Both the position numbers and the translations under genes were made by a program. A DNA stretch of 63,960 nt, filler included, from Lenisia limosa (taxonomy: Eukaryota > Protista > Breviatea): the NCBI GenBank assembly GCA_001655205.1. It is 15 parts of 15 records of this genome, joined end to end, with 100 filler letters (N's around TTAATTAATTAA, not from the genome) between each part and the next. Parts side by side here need not be neighbours in the genome. Positions count along the whole stretch, not along the records: positions 25,517 to 39,775 come from LPNZ01011333.1; positions 39,876 to 44,144 come from LPNZ01000794.1; positions 44,245 to 46,838 come from LPNZ01003198.1; positions 46,939 to 50,742 come from LPNZ01003341.1; 11 more parts are not named here. One strand, 5' to 3'. Within the stretch, counting starts at the first letter, position 1, and the number at the start of each line of letters is the position of its first letter. Positions 35,411 to 50,256 of the stretch are shown here, piece after piece. Below the pieces are notes generated by a model. That model saw nothing but the letters and a program-made list of their open reading frames with translations, ran no database searches and was not told the DNA's origin.

Positions 35411-38400
35411 ATGGTGGACATTGGTTTTATTGTCCACTCGCTTAATGCGCCCCCCTTCAACATGGACTTGACTCTGGTCGATTTTGATGAGAAGAAGCCA
35501 TTTGAACGCCTACAGGTTATGAACATCATTCTTGGTAGCCTTTCTACCACCCAGGTATGTTGTGTGAGCTCAACCGTTTCCCCCACTTTTCTTGCCTTTA
35601 TGACTAGGTGTATTGGTGCACGAATAAAATTGGATTCTCTTCACACTTGATCGATGGTGACCCGTTTTACTGTTGTTTTTGATTTGTTGTAAATTATTAC
35701 TGGGTTGTTTTCACTGCACCCAGGGCTCCTACAAGCATATTGAGGACTTGAGGGATGAAGAGCCGGAGGCAACAGTGATCAGGTGGGGGGGTAATGTTAG
35801 TTATAAGGATCTGTAAGCCTTCTTTATTTGCCAGTTCTTCCCAATTGGAGATTTGAACGTATCCTTTTGTGGTGCGAGTGTTTTGTTTTATTTTTTATAA
35901 TTTCACACAAAAATGAATGACGCTTCGTTTGTAAGATGTGGAACTACCCCATCGTTGCTCCCCCTTAACATGTCTTATCATCTTTATTTTCACTATTTAG
36001 AATGACAAGTTTCCTTCGAATTCTCAACTTCAAACCGAACTTCCCGTGGGTGGCAATATTGCAGTATTCATAGTTGTTGTCATTCTCATACATATTATAG
36101 TTATTGAGAAACCTTATCTTCCAACGATATATACCTTGTCTTTTCGCAGCAAATGCCATCTGAAACTTCTGATTTTTCCCACTAACCCACATAGAGACAC
36201 CTTCGGCGCGGACCTCTTAGAAGGCCGTCCAGACGTTCTTAATGATTGCATCATGTGGCTGCTTGCCAAATTCGAGCCGTTAAAGGTGGGGCAGAGTATT
36301 ATTTTTGGTAGAAAGACCAGTAATATTATCAATATTCTCTTGGATATTTTGAGAAAGTTGTCACCCGAATAGAAACGAGCCTACCTCGCGCAGTACCTTG
36401 TGGACGTGGAAATCCCTAATGACAAAATGGGCGACCCAAGTTGGTGGTTATACTGTCCATGTCAGGTGTTAAACTCTAGTGTTTGGCTTCCATTTACATT
36501 GGGGTTACTGGTTTAGATGTTCAGTATGTCTACAACCAGGTAAAGGAAGCACAGGTCCAGTTCAAACAGGTTGGTTTATGAGGGCTTCACTCATAAATAC
36601 ATATGTAAATGTAACATATTCGCCTCTCATAACAATTGTTCTTTTCATTTGTAATAAATCTGTCCCATATTTTTCTTGTGAGCTTTTTGTTCAGATATTT
36701 TGATTAAGTGGTTCAACTTGTATTCCATTCGGAACAACGCAGTAATAGGCCGTTTCACCAGAGTAGATTCATAAGCAAGTGGAGTTACTCCGAAATGCCC
36801 CCGTAGAAACTGGGACTTTCAGTGGCGCTGATCTGAGGGCCCAAATTGAGGTGGGCTGGTGCAATGTTGGGAAAATACATTTTATTGAGATATTATTGAG
36901 ATATTCCAGATAGAAGGCGAAGTGTCTCTTTTTTCTGAATTAATTTGATGTTTGTGGATTCATTTGGAAAGGGAGGGTCAGTATAATGTTTTGGGACCTT
37001 TGATACATCTCCGCAAGGTCTTCACTCCGACAGGCATAGGGAACGTGGAGTTTCATTTTATCAAGGATTTACAATCAGGCTTTTTTGGACTCCTCATCCT
37101 CACATCACAGGCTATGCAAACGGAAAAGGATCAGTTGGATCGAAAGATCCAAGCGGCCGAGCGGAAGGTCTCTTCAGATGTAGGTCACTGCTCATTGTTT
37201 AAAGTGATAACACGGCTATTTCATAGCATCACTCTTTTACATGTCACCAAGGGCTGCATATATTAACNNNNNNNNNNNNNNNNNNNNNNNNNNNNNNNNN
37301 NNNNNNNNNNNNNNNNNNNNNNCAGTGTATATACTACATGTATAAATCGAATACTCATCATTTTTCGATTTGCTCACAGCACTCCTTTGCCTTTTACGCA
37401 CCAGCCCAACTTTGAGGACATTTTGGACGCAGTTTCTGAGCTCAGAAAGCAGGAAGACGAGATCATGGCCAACCAGGCAAGGTATAAGGAAGATTATTTG
37501 TTTTTTGAAACGTGATAGATATCTTTTCGGTGTGGGGTAAATTTGTGGAAAATGAATGTCATTGTGCAAGATAATGACAAGTCCAGGTTACAGGATCAGG
37601 AGGGTATGTTGGAGCAGGCCCAGCAGCGACACGAAGCAATGACGAGAATGCTTGATGAGTTGAATGTGGGGGGGGGGGTATTAAACAGTTTAGNNNNNNN
37701 NNNNNNNNNNNNNNNNNNNNNNNNNNNNNNNNNNNNNNNNNNNNNNNNNNNNNNNNNNNNNNNNNNNNNNNNNNNNNNNNNNNNNNTGAGGGCATGATAC
37801 ACCATTTGGAGGAGGAGGTGTCCGAGAATAGACGTCTTGCTGAGGAGTACTTGCCAAAGGTACGCGTTAATGCTCTTGATTCATGCCTATCATTTGATCC
37901 AGCTTAATGGTTGAGATTATCGGCCATCATCAATGATTAATGGACTGTTCAGGTGGATTCAAGTGATTCGTAATCCAATATCTCTGATAAGCTTCGGCCT
38001 GATACTATAAGCTATGAGTGATGGTATCGAAGGCTTTGGCCAAAATCTTTTTTTTAATTTCGACATAGTATTATGTGAGCCAAGATCAAAAGGTTGCTGA
38101 CGCTTTAGGAAATCAGCAGGAGGGCGGACCACGTTCAAGTCCTGCAGGAGGTACTGTCAACTGGCGGCTTGGGTGAGGCTGAAATTCTACATCTTCGCAA
38201 TGAAGTTCGCAACCTCAAAGTGGGCCTTGGGTGTTGAGGCACTTTTATAAAGTACCTGATATGGTGGAATTGAGACAGCTTATCAATTTTCTATGACATA
38301 AAAAACGTTTTATTTATAAATACCGAATTTACTGTATTGAGTTGTGCAAAGTACTGCATGATAGAAGTATTATATATATACATATACTTGAACAATGATA

Positions 38401-39623
38401 TGTATCTTGTCTCTGTACTTGTACATATGAATGCATATTGAGCAACAATCTGAATGAAGAAAGAGATATAGAACTACTGTGGTTTAACTGAGTAGTTGGA
38501 AATCGACGACAAAATGAAGGCCAAGAATGAGCCTGAAAAGTGGGTGATGTTTCCAGTTCCAAATGTACTGAAATCTCGATTATTATTGATATTTTATCAG
38601 TATTCAATGATCTATTTTGTAAATAATAATATCAACATTATTTACGGTCTGTTTTGGATCCACACGCTTTTTGTGAGTAGGATTATTTATTCGTGGCAAT
38701 TTATGATAGGAATACAGAAACCCCTTATTCTTCAGGGAAAGCGGCAGTGATGCAGAGGCGTCACTTGGTCGATACCGTAGTCAAGCCAAGATGGTGGCTA
38801 AGAAAAGGCAAACTATCGAAACTCAGATCCCGTGCGTGGCTTACTTTCAGCATTCCCATAGTTTCATTTCGCTTTTATTTGGCATATTTTTTCATGCAGC
38901 TTTCTTTCCATCTTTTTCTTTTTACTTTCCAATATCCTAGTAGGTTTCATTAATTGCTCTTTTAAATAAAACAATGTTGTCACCATTTAGTGAATGTCTG
39001 GAGGAACTGGCTGAGATGGAGCGAGAAATCGAGGCGAAACGAGCACAAGGAGGAGTTAAGGTTTGAATTGTAGTGAATATCCAGCAGTGTGCCCTGCAAT
39101 GATATCAGTTGCAAATGTTGATTTTGTTACTGAAACCTCCCTTATTCTCTCATCACCGCTATCAATTTGATGGGGTGAACAGCTTTTAGTCACAATCGTT
39201 TGCTATTTTTGATTTCTGCTCAACCATAGCCATATTACACTATCCCCATCCTTTATTTCTTGTGGAAGTTTAACGTACACAGGTCTTGAAGGGTGAGGCA
39301 TTTAAGGCCTATATTGACCAATTGAGGCAAAAGTCTGCCCAGGTTAAGGTTAGAGGGGTAGCACATGTTAAGCCAGGTTTGAAGAGATATGCCTGTTGGT
39401 GGTCTATCGGTATTGATTATCGTATTCATCAATATGTCTTCTTTTTTGACAGACGTAGCGGTTGAGAAACGAGCTATCTGAGATCCGAGGTGAAATCGGA
39501 GTACTAAACTTCACTGAGCAAACACTGCGCCTTCTTGATGGCGACATTGAAGACTTTGTTGCGTCACGAGAGCGCCAACGGGGTGTTGAGGGCTTCAGAG
39601 ATGCGGAGAACCAACTTGAGGAA
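35411..39623 (+). CDS. IFT81: Intraflagellar transport protein 81, 3'-partial
   Basis: MVDIGFIVHSLNAPPFNMDLTLVDFD..LQVMNIIL..DLRDEEPEATVIRMTSFLRILNFKP..KRAYLAQYLVDVEIP..AMQTEKDQL..YRSQAKMVAKKR..VLKGEAFKAYIDQLRQKS. These match the IFT81 CH domain and coiled-coil motifs. Confidence 0.93.
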
Positions 39624-39979
39624 GTGGGTGGGGATAGCAACACATGGTACCAACAGAGAAAATACCAACCATCGTTATCAACTACAACCCTGTGGTTCTC
39701 AATTACTTTGCCAGATTTTATGTTCATAAATTGTCAATTTTCACTCAACCTAGAGTTGATTTTGGGCTTTTTTTCNNNNNNNNNNNNNNNNNNNNNNNNN
39801 NNNNNNNNNNNNNNNNNNNTTAATTAATTAANNNNNNNNNNNNNNNNNNNNNNNNNNNNNNNNNNNNNNNNNNNNAAATTAGACTTACGCTGTGTGTGAT
39901 TATGAGAAGGGCAGTGTGTTTTCAAAAGACAATTGGGGGGAGAGTAGTTTATGGGGAGTATTGCTTGACTAACCTGAAC

Positions 39980-42900
39980 GTCATTACTCCGCCTTTCTTC
40001 AGCAGGTCAGCAGCAACTCGAAGGAACCGTTTCTGGTAGTTTGCAAAAGACCGAATTGAATCATATGACTCAGTGGACTCCATTCGCGGCCGCACGCCTG
40101 GAAAATGAGAATATGCGGATTATGAGGGGGCGGGGGATGATGGGAAAATCTATGAAACAAAAAGCCCAAATAAACTCTGTTGATTCAAATCTGTACATAC
40201 AGCTTTCTGCCTCCCCAGCATGGATTATATTAGGCATACCTAGTGCGGAGCATGGAGGGTCCAGCAGAATTCGATCAAACGACTGGGGGGCAAACTGCTT
40301 CATCTGTGGCGTAAGGCACTTTCAGCATTAATAGTATTTCATGCTATGTCATATCATATACTATATGATAAAGAGATGAGAAGGTTGTATCTGGCTGAAG
40401 CTGTCCACACCATCACGCTGAGAAGAGATATTGGATTATAGTATAAAATATCACATAATCATCTATATTATTATTATTACTATTATTATTATTTATTGGG
40501 TGAAGGTGGTGAAAGCACCCAGCCAGCCCAACATTTTTGAGATTGTCAGGCAGCTCTGTTCCCTCAACCAAAAGAGTCCCATCACCAAGGTGGGCAGAAA
40601 CGTTTGACAGACCTACATTGTAGGACAATAGAAAGAAACCCTGCGGGAGGGACTCTGTCCTAGTCCAAAGTGCTTATCCTGCTTAGCACGTAGAAATAGG
40701 TTATGTTTATTCAATCAGTCAAATGTAAGTTATGAAGCTATCAGGATTCAGCGGTTCAGAGGGGGATAAAACGACATTACATTTTTTTAAACAAGTTTTA
40801 GAATAATATAGCTACAAGGGCTCCGTGCAATTAATTTGAAAAAAAATATCAAAATTTGACGTCGGACATATTGTAACGAGAACTCTATTACAGACACTTT
40901 ATTTCAGATTTTGTCAATTATTTCCTCAAAAAAAATATAGTATATTACAAGGATCCCAAATTGTTACCGTAGAAAGGCTTGACTGATAAAATTAGAACTC
41001 TGTTGAGATAAAATCGTCCAAGGCTTACCACAGCCAATGTGAATTGTCCGTCCAGATCAAATGATTAGACTTTGGGACGGACCAAAGTAAATCACTTAAT
41101 AGAAGACACAATCCTCGCCTTCGCCCCCGGCCTACCGAGGGACTTAGCAAGCTCCTCCACCCGCTGCACTTTGGCCTTGACCCGATCAACAGCCACTACC
41201 GTTCCGGACGGGCACAAGCCGGCTACATGCGTTGTTTTACCTGGGTGGTGAAGAAAGGTTTCAGTTCTACATATATGATGATAGTATATATATATGTATA
41301 TGCATATATTAATACTGTCTATATTATTAATATATAGCAATGAGAAATAAAAAATAAGGTTGTATATGGCCGAAGCCNNNNNNNNNNNNNNNNNNNNNNN
41401 NNNNNNNNNNNNNNNNNNNNNNNNNNNNNNNNNNNNNNNNNNNNNNCAACTCTGCACACAGCTTTCTGCGCGCCTCCCAAGCGTAAGATTTAATAATTAT
41501 GATATAAGATATGTAGAAATGAAAAAGGGGGTATCTTGGAAAATTTCGAATAGTAAACAACAATGCCTCACGGAGCAACTACAATGCCCATTGAATAAAG
41601 GGATCCAAGATTCTACCAACACAATTTCCAAATAAAAAGGGGCCAAGACTCTATTACTAACACAATGACCATATAAAATGGTCAAAACGCAATGCCATGA
41701 ATTTAGTCCTCCAAAAACCTCATACCCCCAGGTGCAGCACACATGTCCAAAATGTTGTCGTCTGATTGGGGCTGATATGTCAAAACGCAATATACTGACC
41801 GCGATAAGTGCTGACACGTATATTCAGATAATCAGGAGTCAATCGTACCAGGACTTATCCCGATTTTTGTACATACCGTATGTAGGATGTAATATGATAA
41901 GATATTTATTCTAACTGAAAATAAATACTTCAGTATTTAAAATGATATTGTAAATAGTATTTAATATGCACATAGTCTTTTTGGGTTCACTCATTATCTG
42001 GACTCGGTATTTTGGAATAGTTCCAACAACAACTGATGAAAAAAAAAAAAAAGCGTGAAAGAGCGAAATAATGAGGCATTCACACTCACATCGAGAGCAA
42101 CACCAACTGCAATTGATGGGAGGTTCTGAAGTGTGAGCTTTATTTAGGCTCTCAAAAGTGAAGCCCTACTCTCAAGACAAAAACCTGCAGTCAACCCAGA
42201 AATGATATTACTAAGCTTGATTATATTAAAAATATAAGATTCAGGTACAATCTTTTGATCGCTATGCTGTAAAATGAAGAGAAGATAAAAAACTTCCCGA
42301 TGCCCCCCGAAAAAATATCATAGTCTAACGGTCTTATATTTATACTGTAGGGAATTCCTGCTTCTCCCACCTGAAGGAAAGCCCCGCACCCCCTGAAGTT
42401 TTTCATCGGGGGGATGTTGACTGTTCTGTTCTTAAGGGACACGACAATCTTAACTGTCACAATATGTGGCAAAATAAGATATGTTATGAGTGATGATTTG
42501 GGTATAGGCTTACGCTTACATATATTTGATGAGAAATAAAAATGTAAATAGGTATTCTCTGGCCGAAGCCATCCACACATGAAAATAACAAGCCCAATTA
42601 CAGTACCCACCGAACTATCCGGGATGGTTCGTGTCACAAAGTCTTTTCGCCTCTAAAACATGAAAAATATAATGTGGGCGCGAAAATATGGTAATTTGTT
42701 CATGGTACCCCTATGTATTTAGTTCTTTCCCAAGATTTGTAATCTAAATAAATGATATCATATATTATATATATTTAATATATACATGTATATATCATAT
42801 AATACTATGTCTTGTTCAAAACAAAAATGAGGATGAGAATGATGAGTTTGGAAGAGAAAGAAAGGAGTACTGTGATGAAAGTTCATTCGTTGTAGTGATG

Positions 42901-43847
42901 GTGGCATGAGATCTACCCAGGATTGTAAGAACAACACTAATCGTAATGCCACGATAACACTGCATGGTAAGGCATGGTAATGTGTTTATAGTGTCCCTGA
43001 TCTTTATTTATTTGTTTCCCTAGATTTCTAATGTATGTATAGTATACTATTTCTCTTTTTCAAAAAAAGATAACTAATCACTTCCAACTACTTCCACTTA
43101 TTTCCCACATACAAAATTCAAAACACCTGCTCCGATAACTCTCTTCTCCGAGTCTTGAAGTTTCTCTTTGCTTCCTGGCAAATGAATAGTCAATTTTTGA
43201 AAGGATTACAAAAATAAAGGTCTCTTTTCCTAATACACAACAAAAATACTTCTCTCTCCTGCATCCAGCACCCACCAAAAAGCACTTTTCTCAATGGGTA
43301 GCAAACGCGCACTCGACACCCAGGCCGTGTACCTGTCGCTATCGTTGTGACATGTTTCTGGGGGGAGGGTAAACGAAGGAAATTTTGATGCCGAAAATTG
43401 GCGTAAAGATACTAATCACGAATGGAAAAAACTTTTCCAGAAAATTAACTGTATTTTTCCAGGAAAACTACTGAAAAAGTGAAAATATCCTGACTCAAGT
43501 GTTTTCCAATCGAATTCACCCTCGTTTTTTGCTCGTGGTTGTCTTCCTTTTGTTACTCGGAGTTTTCTGTTGAGGAAAACTCTCGTTCGCTTCGCAAACA
43601 CGTGTTTTCCGGCCAGAAAACTCCCAGGAAAAAAATAAAAATGAACCACTCCCAGGAAAAAAAAAAACTCGGGGTTTTCTTAGAGGAAAAAATCTGAAAC
43701 TCAAAAAAACAAAATGGGGGGCGAGAAATTCAGTCTTTTTGGGACCGAAGAGAAGCCCCAACAATGAAAAAGAGGAGGCCCCAGCAACCACGTCAATATC
43801 GGCCCCTCTCAAAGCCGCTACTGCTCCTGATGAGGTCACCAGAACGT
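39980..43847 (-). CDS. NSUN6: RNA m5C methyltransferase NSUN6-like (PUA + RsmB), partial
   Basis: Exons give AALRGADI..QNLPSIAVGVALD..ILDMCAAPGG|KTTHVAGL..VVAVDRVKAKV..FDRILLDPPCSALG|VRPR..YQKRFLRVAADLLKKGG. Confidence 0.9.
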
Positions 43848-44244
43848 CTGCAGTTCGGGTCAAATGAGATATTTTTATATTAAGTCAAATCGGATACTTT
43901 CATAATAAGTCAAATTGGCTCTTCAAAAAGTTGTCAAATCGGATACTTTGATAATAAGTCACCTTGTCAAAATGAATCTTATCCCGAGGTACCATTCTTT
44001 CAAAATTGAAATATGTCACTTCTAAGTAGAGCCCTGCCGTTTTACATAAGAAATGTATGAATCATGTAATATATGAGCCGATACACTTTATGCAACAACT
44101 TAGGGTCTTCTTCATAGTCATATATCCCCGTCCATAAAAACCGGNNNNNNNNNNNNNNNNNNNNNNNNNNNNNNNNNNNNNNNNNNNNTTAATTAATTAA
44201 NNNNNNNNNNNNNNNNNNNNNNNNNNNNNNNNNNNNNNNNNNNN

Positions 44245-44330
44245 GTTAATAAACGCCTGTCTATCCCCTCGCCACATTGTTAATAAACGCCTGTCTATCC
44301 CCTCCCCACATTGTTAATAAACGCCTGTCT
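44245..44330 (+). repeat. Tandem 35-mer GTTAATAAACGCCTGTCTATCCCCTCSCCACATT
   Basis: About 2.5 near-identical copies at a contig start. Confidence 0.8.
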
Positions 44331-44469
44331 TGCGCGCCGTTCACGTCGTGACGCCACATGTTGCCCGATAAACAGTGACTGAGAGTAAAAACCAAATCCA
44401 TAAAAGCAACACAATTGCCCCTAAACTCTTGATCAATTCACAATAAAGTAGATAAAAAAGGTACGCCAC

Positions 44470-46650
44470 CACCGAAGCAGTACAGTTTCCCACCATTGCA
44501 GCCATTGTGAACCGCATGAGAAGATGGTCACGTGGGTAGTCGCCAATGAAGAACAGGTTGCCAAATTGGCCGATGAAACTGATCAAAGAGATCTTTAGAC
44601 TGAAAGTGGTTACTAATTGCATGCTGAAGAAAATAAGAGTCTGGGCTATTATAAGCTAAAAAAAGGGGGGGTATTAAAGGGTTAGATATCTTCTTGCCTA
44701 CAAAGGGGTTACATCAATAAGGGTATCTCCCCAGATATAGATATGATTCTTCAAGGAATTGTTTATAGTACCTCCCCTCCCACGCGGTTTCAATTTTGAG
44801 ATGCGTTCCAATGAAAAGGACCACGAACGTGACGGTGTATGAGGTGGCCAGCGCCGTGTCATCATCAAACTCCTCAATGTCTCCTTCATTGTTAGGCTTT
44901 GCGAAAAACAAAAACACTTGTGTGTTTTCCCCAGAAAGCCAAAATTGCAGCCAAACATAAAGAAAAACGGGTTGGCAAATGTTTGCTGCAAACATCATGT
45001 ACATACTCGATATTGAATGTCAAAGAATCAAAGTAATACCCCCCCTCCCCCAACCTGCTACAGTGAAACCCGTAAGAACAATGAGAAGCCACAGGATCTT
45101 GTCAGAGATGATGTGCGTGCGTCTGGAAAGTAAAAAATACGGTATTTTGGCGATTGGGTTCACTAAAAGGGTAAATCTTTAGTCTTTGAATCGAGGATCT
45201 ATCGTAAGTTGTGTTGAAGCCTCCATCCTGAAAAAGTCGAGGGTGTTCTTTTTAGCTTCACAAAGCAGAATCGTCTTCGTGACCAGATACCGATAATTAA
45301 ATGCCCTTTTTAGGCCAAAAGGAAGCTGCCAGTATCATATAACACCGACTCAATGAAAGCCCTCCCTCCAACTCAGAGAAGGTGAAGCCCTTGGAATGGA
45401 TGTAGATGTGAATGACGGTCCAGCCAAGAGCGAACCAGTCAGATATCCTCCTCACCTGCAATTGAATAAATTGAAACACAAGGTTTAAGAAAAAATCTTG
45501 CTTCACCCAATCTCTTTTCAATGCTTGTTGACCCACCCATTTGTAGTCTGTTGGGTTTTGCCAGACATGAATATGGTAGTTGAGCTTCAGCATCAAGAAG
45601 AAGCAGCCGATTATGAGTGCGATCGTCTGTAGAGTGAAAACAGGTCCGCCAGAGTTGTAACATTACATAGGAATTCTCTCCGCTTCGAAAACAGCTAATA
45701 GGATATCTTATAATGTCATTTTTGCACTATTAATTAGACGATATGATAAAATAGTACCACTATACAGGAATATACATGTCCCCTACCCTGAACTCGAAAT
45801 GATAGGGGAAGAAGAACGTTTCCTCATAGTTGCGACACTCAGCAAGAATCGAAGCCTTTCCTAGTTCATCAAATTGTTGTAGCAATGTATTTTGAGACAT
45901 AATTGCGTATTGTTGTCAAGGATGAACAAAAGGCTACGGTTAATCAATAGAATAGCTCCCAAATGTTATGACATCCTACAAACCTTCAGCAGCAGTTTTT
46001 GGCTTGGTTGATGTTGGGTTATTAGTTTCAGTAATCGGTTCGGGAACTGGGCGATGAGAGAAAAGTGGCAACATATGTTACTCCAAGATTGAGAAAATAG
46101 ATCATTTTACTCGGAGTGAAAACTTGGAATACTATTCCCTCTAACCGGTAATTTCTGCTTCGGTATTCTGGGGTCTCAGGCTTGAACCTACTAAATCAAA
46201 GAAATTCCAGTATAGAATGGGGTATATTGTATCAAATACTTATCATATAAACTCTGAGAAATCTCTGAATTCTCCCAAACCTCTTGCCGCCTTGTAGCGC
46301 TGCATCGATGTTGCCGACCTGACACTGATGGAGGAGACGGACTTCTCGAGAGGGTCTGGGTTCTCATTGTACCTGGGGCTATGAGCTCAATAGTTTCGCC
46401 CCATCCTTCAAAAACAAAATCCAAATATCAGGTTCATATATCTTATTCTGCCCCCCCCTCCCCACCTCTTCTTGAGCTTGAAGCTCTGCCGATTGGTTTC
46501 CACAAAAGACCCGCCCAGAATGCCTCTCACGCGAATGCCGGTGACCTCGGCTGCCTGGTACTCCGAACTGAACCGGTTCACTGAGCTCCTGGTGCTACCA
46601 GCTGTGGTGGAAATACCGACGGCAGAATGACTGTGGTGCGTTAAGACAGC
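44470..46650 (-). CDS. Hypothetical multi-pass membrane protein (spliced, partial)
   Basis: GT-AG-bounded segments TIALIIGCFFLMLKLNYHIH, VRRISDWFALGWTVIHIYIH, THIISDKILWLLIVLTGFTVA, SYTVTFVVLFIG. Family not recognised. Confidence 0.4.
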
Positions 46651-47104
46651 CGATCGTGCCACTTCCGACATTCCTTCTGAGACTACATCTGACACGTCAC
46701 CGATTGAGAGGTCGCCTTCTTCATCATCTTCAAGATCGTCTTCGACAGCATCTGCAAGATGATCCGGCTGTGTGTATGGTGCTGTTATCGCCAGCGTTGA
46801 TTCCTTGGTACCAGTAGGGACAATAATCCATACGTCAANNNNNNNNNNNNNNNNNNNNNNNNNNNNNNNNNNNNNNNNNNNNTTAATTAATTAANNNNNN
46901 NNNNNNNNNNNNNNNNNNNNNNNNNNNNNNNNNNNNNNCCCCCCCCCCCCCGGGGTTATGGGGGCGCGGGGAGGGTGTGTGGTATCATATAATATCACCA
47001 ATCATCTGCCTTACAACTCTGTGTACACAGTTGATACATAGCTAGTATATCTTACAACTCTGTCTGCACAGCTTTTTGCGTGCGTCCCAAATAATGCAAT
47101 ACAG

Positions 47105-47729
47105 GCGAGCGCCATTATCACCACCGCTCTCACGCAGCCAATGGCAGGCCCGCTGTCCTATCAATATCGAGAGGCTTATATGGCTGCCTTGGAGGTGGGA
47201 AAAGGATATGTTGGGCTTCACAACGGTCCGAAAAAGACCGGTAAAATGACGATATTTATCGAGGATTTATCGAAAAATTCTGTTTTTTGGGAATCCCTTG
47301 GTCTTGGATGTAGGAGAGTTTATATCTTGTTAAAAAAATGAAACAACAGACCCTCTTTACTCCTTTTCTACCCCCCCCCCCCTGACGNNNNNNNNNNNNN
47401 NNNNNNNNNNNNNNNNNNNNNNNNNNNNNNNNNNNNNNNNNNNNNNNNNNNNNNNNNNNNNNNNNNNNNNNCTCTTCCACCCTCGTTACGCTAGTCTAGA
47501 GTTGTGTCGTTTCTTCTTGTGTTGCTAGAGGCTTATTTATTGGTTTTCTGATTTCACTTAAAATGATTGAGTGAATTTCCTTTACTCTTATAAGCGTGAT
47601 GGTGAAGACTGCTTCGGCCAGATGCTGTAATCCATATCTCATATCAACGTGTTGTGAATGGCTTCGGCAATTATCATCAATTCCCAGAATATCGTGAATC
47701 ATGAAATATGTACGTTGGAGCTAGAATAA
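47105..47729 (+). CDS. 3' end of an unknown gene
   Basis: Exons ASAIITTALTQPMAGPLSYQYREAYMAALE | SRVVSFLLVLLEAYLL | NIVNHEICTLELE*. Confidence 0.3.
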
Positions 47730-47814
47730 TGACAGAAAAAAAATCACAATGTCAATATTCTATTATTGTCCACTATCATCACGTAACTGTCCCATTTATC
47801 GCATATGGTATCCA

Positions 47815-49849
47815 TTACATCAATGAGTAGCTCTGCAAGTAAGTTGGCGGGACAAACTCCAGTTCAATCTTTTGGAAGAGATCGCTGGTATAGTGGTAAT
47901 AGTAGCCAGTAATCATCTTGGTGATGTTGTCGAAGTAGATGTAGTAGAACCCTGCAAAAGACGCACCATTTTCCATTTTGACCGTGTGGTCAGGCACCAT
48001 GAATAGCTCCTAGTAATGAGAACATTACAGTCTTGAGTAACTGATAAAGACATGTAACTCTGCAATAAAAACATTGAAGAATTGTATAGAAAGAGAACGG
48101 GGATCAAGTGCGTGGAAGTGTGTGTGTGAGGGGGGGGGGGCTACTTCAAGGAGTGTTGAAATGTAATACCGTTTTTATAAGAATTAGGGATAGTATTTCG
48201 TTATGAAGGAAATGATCTTGAAATAGTATCATTACACTATCATCCACTATTCGGCCAGATATCACTGTTATTTCGCATTTTATATTATACATATTATTGT
48301 TATATAAAACATAATTACACATACTACATATTTGTAAGTCAATGTTAAATAGACTCAGTATATATCCCCACCTTCCACCTCATGAAGAGGAAGTTTTGGG
48401 GGTCTGAGGGGCAACTTTTTTGGTCATCAGTACTGTGAAAGAGATGCGAAAACTCTGATGGATTAATACATAGCTAGATAATATGATTTTCGAACAAGAG
48501 GCAAGATAGAAAAACCGAGGGGGAAATATATATTTCATATGATACATACATAGTGATGCACTCATGAAGTACTGTTAGATAAAGAAAAATGCTCTCAACT
48601 TGTGAGCGGACTATGCTAATATAGTACTCAGTAAAAAAAAGGAAAATGCACATCATATGCATCAAATGGATAATAACGTGAACCGCGTATATTAGTTGAG
48701 ATGAATTTTAGGATTAGAAGTAGCGCATACTGTAGCAAGAAAACTTTTTCAGACACCTTTTCAAATCTTATCAATTAATTTCTTCGAAAAAAATCCAAAT
48801 ATTATCCCATCACAAATAGTCCATAAACAAACCTACCTTTGAACCTCGGAAATCTCTCCCAATGTTGGCGGTCTAGCTTCTCATCAGCCCCCCATTTTTT
48901 CGTCACAAATCCTACCCCTAACAAAATCAAATGTACATTCAATAAATAATGGAAATGAAATACAACACAACGAAGGAATTGGTACTTCGTACAATTAAAC
49001 AGTATTTTTATATTTTGTATAAAATGGCAACATATTCAAATTCAGCAACAGTTTTTGGCTTTATGGTCACATAAATGGTGGGATCTGAAATGGCTTTACT
49101 GTCTTGGTTACCTTTGGAACTCATGACCCCTCCCCCCACCATCTCTTCCAATGATTTCGGCTTCAAAGAAAGTGGTCAACACCTGTTGCTCCGCGGTCAA
49201 GTCATTGATGGTGAGATACCCATTGAGGAGGTTCCTAAATTTTTGTCAAATATCAATTCAACAAAACTGGTTCCAAACACATATTCTGAACAGATCTCGT
49301 ATCTCACACAATTTCAGTTAACAATTTAGTAGTTTGAGGAGTAGATTAAACCATATCATATCTCCTATTATAACAGATGTATGATAAGAAAGACAAGCAA
49401 CCCTTATTTGTCGGAGCTCTCATATTAATTAACACTCTTACTAGTAGGGTTGACAAAAAAATGGAGTTTCATATTCCCCCACACTGTGAAAGGTCTACCT
49501 GCTGCAGTTGAACTTTGACTGGGAATGTGTTGCAGCCTGATCTCTGCACCCCTTCAAAATTGGCCCTGAAGTCGTGAGACAACCAATGACTTCTGGAGAC
49601 AAGCAGTGATCGCGATAAGGCCCTACACGATTGACTCAAGATAAAGCTCAATATCCGTGTCAGGACTTATCGTGGTCACTGTATACTGTCAGCAAAATCG
49701 TCTGATGAGATGACAGAAATTACAATTCGGATGAATCTGTAGAGACAAGAAACAACATACCCAGCTTGGAGTGCGTAGGTTTCATCCGTTTTCAGATAGT
49801 CTTCGCGTTTTGCAGGGGGAATCGAAACAGAAATAGTACGCTGTGGCAT
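47815..49849 (-). CDS. GID4: GID/CTLH E3 ligase substrate receptor GID4 (Vid24), apparently complete
   Basis: MPQRT..GANFEGVQRSG..VQLQQVDLSQNLLNGYLTINDLT..LTTFFEAEII..FVTKKWGADEKLDRQHWERF..FLFMRWKELFMVPDH..GASFAGFYYI..ITGYYYH..*. Confidence 0.95.
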
Positions 49850-50256
49850 TATTTGTGTGGTGCGAGTGTGATATGAAAATACAACTAACAAAATGACAGT
49901 TACAATTGGGGACTGTAAGCCATGAATACAAAAAGTATCTTCGTATCCTCGTCAGTTCCTGGATAAAATTTGTAAATAATATTACATAATATTGGAATTA
50001 TATTTAATAAGCCAACTAAAAACCTAAAAACCCGAAAACACTGAAAAACAGTCTCCTTTCTGTCAAAACGGCTCGATACGGCTTTGTTTATAGCAATATA
50101 TCAAGGTTGTACCCCCAGATTTATTTTATCTTATTTTTCCATCCTCCTACATTTCTATTTTCCACAATAGAACAATAGATATATATCTCAGTGTATCATA
50201 TCAACAGATAAACAAGACAATAATTATTTCTCTTTTTGTAGTTTGAGAAACAGAAA

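Noticed and set aside
2244-47298. Repeated palindromes as CRISPR array or REP elements
   Set aside because: They are dispersed rather than regularly spaced, have no unique spacers or cas genes, and the context is eukaryotic. They fit MITEs.
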